DNA of 64,000 bases. Origin: the human T2T-CHM13v2.0 reference genome, Homo sapiens. The DNA lies in NCBI RefSeq assembly GCF_009914755.1, contig NC_060948.1, one strand, 5' to 3'. Positions 59,240 through 64,000 of this stretch are shown here, piece by piece. How positions within the stretch are numbered: position 1 is the stretch's first letter; each line of letters opens with the position of its first letter. A program made the translations under genes and the position numbers. Under the pieces are notes generated by a model that was not told where the DNA came from, ran no database searches, and saw nothing but the letters and a program-made list of their open reading frames with translations.

Positions 59240-61625
59240 TCAAAAATTAAAAACAAAAATTATACGATCATCTCAGTAGATGCAGAAAAAGCATTTACAA
59301 ATCCAGCATCCATTTATGATTAAAACCCTCAGCAAAATCTGAAGGGACATATCTTCAGGTAAAAGAAAAAAAAAAAGCCATCTGTGACAAACCCACAGTC
59401 AACATTATAATGCAAGGGGAAAAGTTGAACGCATTCCCCATGGAACTGGAACAAGACAAGGATGCCCACTTTTACCACTTCTATTTGACATATTACTGGA
59501 AGTCCCAGCTAGAGCAATCAGACAAGAAAAAGAAATAAAGGGCCTTCAAATCGGTGAAGAGGAAGTCAAACCATCATTGTTAGTTGATGATATAATCCTA
59601 TCCGCAGAAAACCCTAAGGACTCATTAAAAAAGCTCCTAGGTCTGATTAATGAATTCAGTAATTTCAGGATACAAAATCTGTATACACAAATCAGTAGCT
59701 CTGCTATACACCAACAGCGACCAAACTGAGAATCAAACCAAGAACTCATTCCCTTTTACAATAGCTGAAAAAAAAAAAATTAAAATACTTAGGAATATAC
59801 CTAACCAAGGAAGTAAAAGACCTCTACAAAGAAAACTACAAAAACGCTACTGAAAGAAATCATAGATGATGCAAACAACTGGAAACACATCCCATGTCCA
59901 TGAACTGGTAGAATCAATATTGTGAAAATTACCATACTGCCAAAAGCAATATACAAATTCAATGCAATTCCCATCAAAATGCCATCATCATTCTTTACAG
60001 AACTAGAAAAAACAATCTTAAAATTCATATGGAACCAAAATGTGCCCACTTAGCCAAAGCAAGACTAGGCAAAAAGGACAAATCTGGAGGCATCACATTC
60101 CAGATGTCAAATTATACTACAAAGCTGTAGTTATCAAAACAGCATGGTACTGGTATAAAAATAAGCACTTAGACAAAGGAAACAGAATAGAGAACCCAGA
60201 AATAAAGCCCAATATTTACAGCCAACTGATCTTCAACAAAGCAAACAAAAACATAAAGTGGGAGAAGTACACCCTATTAAACAAATGGTGCTGAGATAAT
60301 ACACAAGTCACATTTAGAAGAATGAAATTGGATCCTCATCCCTCACATTATACAAAAATCAACTCATGATGGATCAAAGACTTAAATCTAAGACCTGAAA
60401 CCACAAAAATTCTAGAAGATAACATCAGAAAAGCGCTTCTAGACATGGACTTAGGCAAAGAGTTCATTACCAAGAACCAAAAAGAAATGCAATAGAAACA
60501 AAGATAAATAGATGAGACTTAATTAAAAGCTTCTTCACAGCAAAAAAAATAATAATAATAATAATCAGCAGGATTAACAGACAACCCAAAGAGTGGGAGA
60601 AAATGTATTCAAACTCTGTATGCAACAAAGAACTAGTATCCAGAATCTACAAGGAACTCAAACAAATCAACAAGACAAAAACCAAATAATCCCGTCAAAA
60701 GTGGGCATGAATAGACAGTTCTCAAAATGTAATGAAGACATGGAATCAACCTAAATGCTCATCAATGATAGAATGGATCAAGAGCATGGGGGTACATATA
60801 CACCATGAAATATTATGCAGCCATGAAAAGGGATGAGATCATGTCCTTCACAGGAACATGGATGGAATGGCCAAGAAACATCAAAAAAATGCTTAGCATC
60901 ACTAATGATCAGGGAAATGTAAATCAAAACTGCAATGAAATCCCACCTTACTCTTGCAGGAATAGCCATAATTAAAATGAAAAAAAATTGTAGATGTTGG
61001 TGTTGTTTTGGTGAAAAGAGAATACTTTTTTCACTGCTGGTGGGCATGTAAACTAGTACAACCACTATGGAAAACAGTATGGAAATGCCTTAAAGAACTA
61101 AAAGTAGATCTACCATTTGATCCAGCAATCCCAGAGAAAAAGAAGTCATTCCATGAAAAAGACACTTGCACCCGCATGTTTATAGCAGCACAATTTGCAA
61201 TTGCAAAAATATGGAACCAGCCAAAATGTCCATCAATCAACAAGCAGATAAAGAAAATGTAGAATATATATACCATGGAATACTACTCAGCCATAAAAAG
61301 GAAAGAAAGAATGCCATTCACCAAAACTTGGATGGAGTTGGAGACCATTATTCTAAGTGAAGTAACTCAGGACTGGAAAACCAAACATTGCATGTTCTGA
61401 CTTGTAAGTGGGAGCTCAAGCTATGAGGATGCAAAGGCATAAGAATGATACAATGGACTTTGGGGACTCAGGGGGAAGGGTTGGAAAGAGGTGAGGGACA
61501 AAAGACTACACATTGGGTACAGTGTATACTTCCTGGGTGCTGGATGCACCAAAATCTCTGAAATCACCACAGAAGAACTTATCCATGTAACCAAACACCA
61601 CCTGTTCCCCAAAAATTATTAAAAT
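59240..61625 (+). mobile_element. 5'-truncated L1PB1-type element
   Basis: ORF2 remnants ([18 protein letters not shown]; [11 protein letters not shown]) and L1PB 3'UTR (gatacaatggactttggggactca...aaacaccacctgttcccc). Confidence 0.88.
60730..60873 (+). repeat. 144-bp templated insertion, copy of 62154-62297
   Basis: 4 mismatches in 144 bp; out of register within the host L1PB. Confidence 0.92.
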
Positions 61626-62099
61626 ATATATATTTCAGAGGTGTCTTCAGCCTTTACATTTTCTCTTCAGTGTGTTTTATTCTGTAAGACTGGCTTTCTC
61701 TATAAATTGAAGAAAATATCCACCAATAGCTCTTATATTCTTATGTCTTTCTGACTAGAAAGAAAAAGACTCTTTACTGATACCTCCAGTTAGAAAAATC
61801 TCAAAAAAGGCTAGTTGTCTCAGTTCCATTTATGTGCCCATTCCTTGACTATGAATGATGCCTGTGGTAGTAGTAGTAGGGTCACATAAAACAAAGGCAA
61901 TTTCTATTCTGTCTATATAGCTAAAGTGGAGGGATGAGAAACAGTTCCTCAAAAGAAATGTGGAAAAACAAGGTAAACCATCAATATAATCTAAGAGTAC
62001 TGTAATAACTGAAGTTATGTATTAACATTTGTTCTTCTTATCCTGATCATTTGCACATTCATAACATGTTTATACACTAGTATGGATAGAAAATTTAAC

Positions 62100-62597
62100 T
62101 TTTCTACCATAAAGACACATGAATGTGTATGTTCATTGCAGAACTATTCACAATAATGAAGACATGGAATCAACCTAAATGCTCATCAATGATAGAATGG
62201 ATCAAGAGCATGGGGGTACATATATACCATGAAATATTATGCAGTCATGAAAAGGGATGAGATCATGTCCTTCACGGGAACATGGATGGAATGGTCATTA
62301 TCCTTACCAAACTAATGTAGGAATGGAAAACCAAATACTACATGTTCTCACATACAAGTGGGAGCTAAAAGATGAGAACACATGGACTCATAGAGGGGAA
62401 CAACAGACACTGGGTCCTACAAGAGGATGAAGGGTGGAAGAAAGTGAAGAATTAGAAAAAATAATTAATGGGTACTATGCTTAATACCTGTGTGATGAAA
62501 TGAATGATTTGTAGAACACACTTTCATGACATGAATTTACCTATATAATAAACCTGCACATGTACCCCTGAATGCAAAATGAAAGTTAAAAAAGAAA
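62100..62597 (+). mobile_element. L1PA13-16-type 3' end
   Basis: ataaagacacatg...aaacctgcacatgtacccctgaa...aaagttaaaaaag. Confidence 0.87.
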
Positions 62598-62714
62598 ATA
62601 ATTTATATCTTTACAAAATTGAGTCTTAGTATGCATGAGCATGAAGTATGCCTTCATTCATTTAGACCTTTGGGTTTTTTTCACACATACACTCAGTTTT
62701 TAACTAGATGTGTA

Positions 62715-64000
<1,286 letters not shown>

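Overview
Primate (most likely human) genomic DNA, AT-rich and almost entirely interspersed repeats (L1, ERVL/MaLR LTRs, Alu, L2, DNA transposon relics). I find no intact protein-coding gene: the ORF track is explained by decayed HERV-L and L1 frames or by chance ORFs. Landmarks: (1) a full-length, inactivated HERV-L provirus (6057-12569) inside an old L1M; (2) two near full-length, divergently oriented L1PA15/16-type elements (23.7-30.6 kb minus, 51.5-58.2 kb plus); (3) a 5'-truncated TUSC2 retrocopy (49505-50774) with poly(A) signal and 14-bp TSD. TUSC2 pseudogenes are described on human X and Y, which suggests but does not prove a sex-chromosome location. The most unusual feature is structural. 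The window holds several locally templated copies: a ~1.9 kb inverted duplication whose breakpoint lies at homologous positions of the two L1 5'UTRs, an a-X-a'-Y-X' complex direct duplication with near-identical tracts, a 144-bp templated insertion and several fold-back micro-inversions. Subfamily names are from memory of consensus sequences and identity values are hand counts. I do not see evidence for a new protein-based system.
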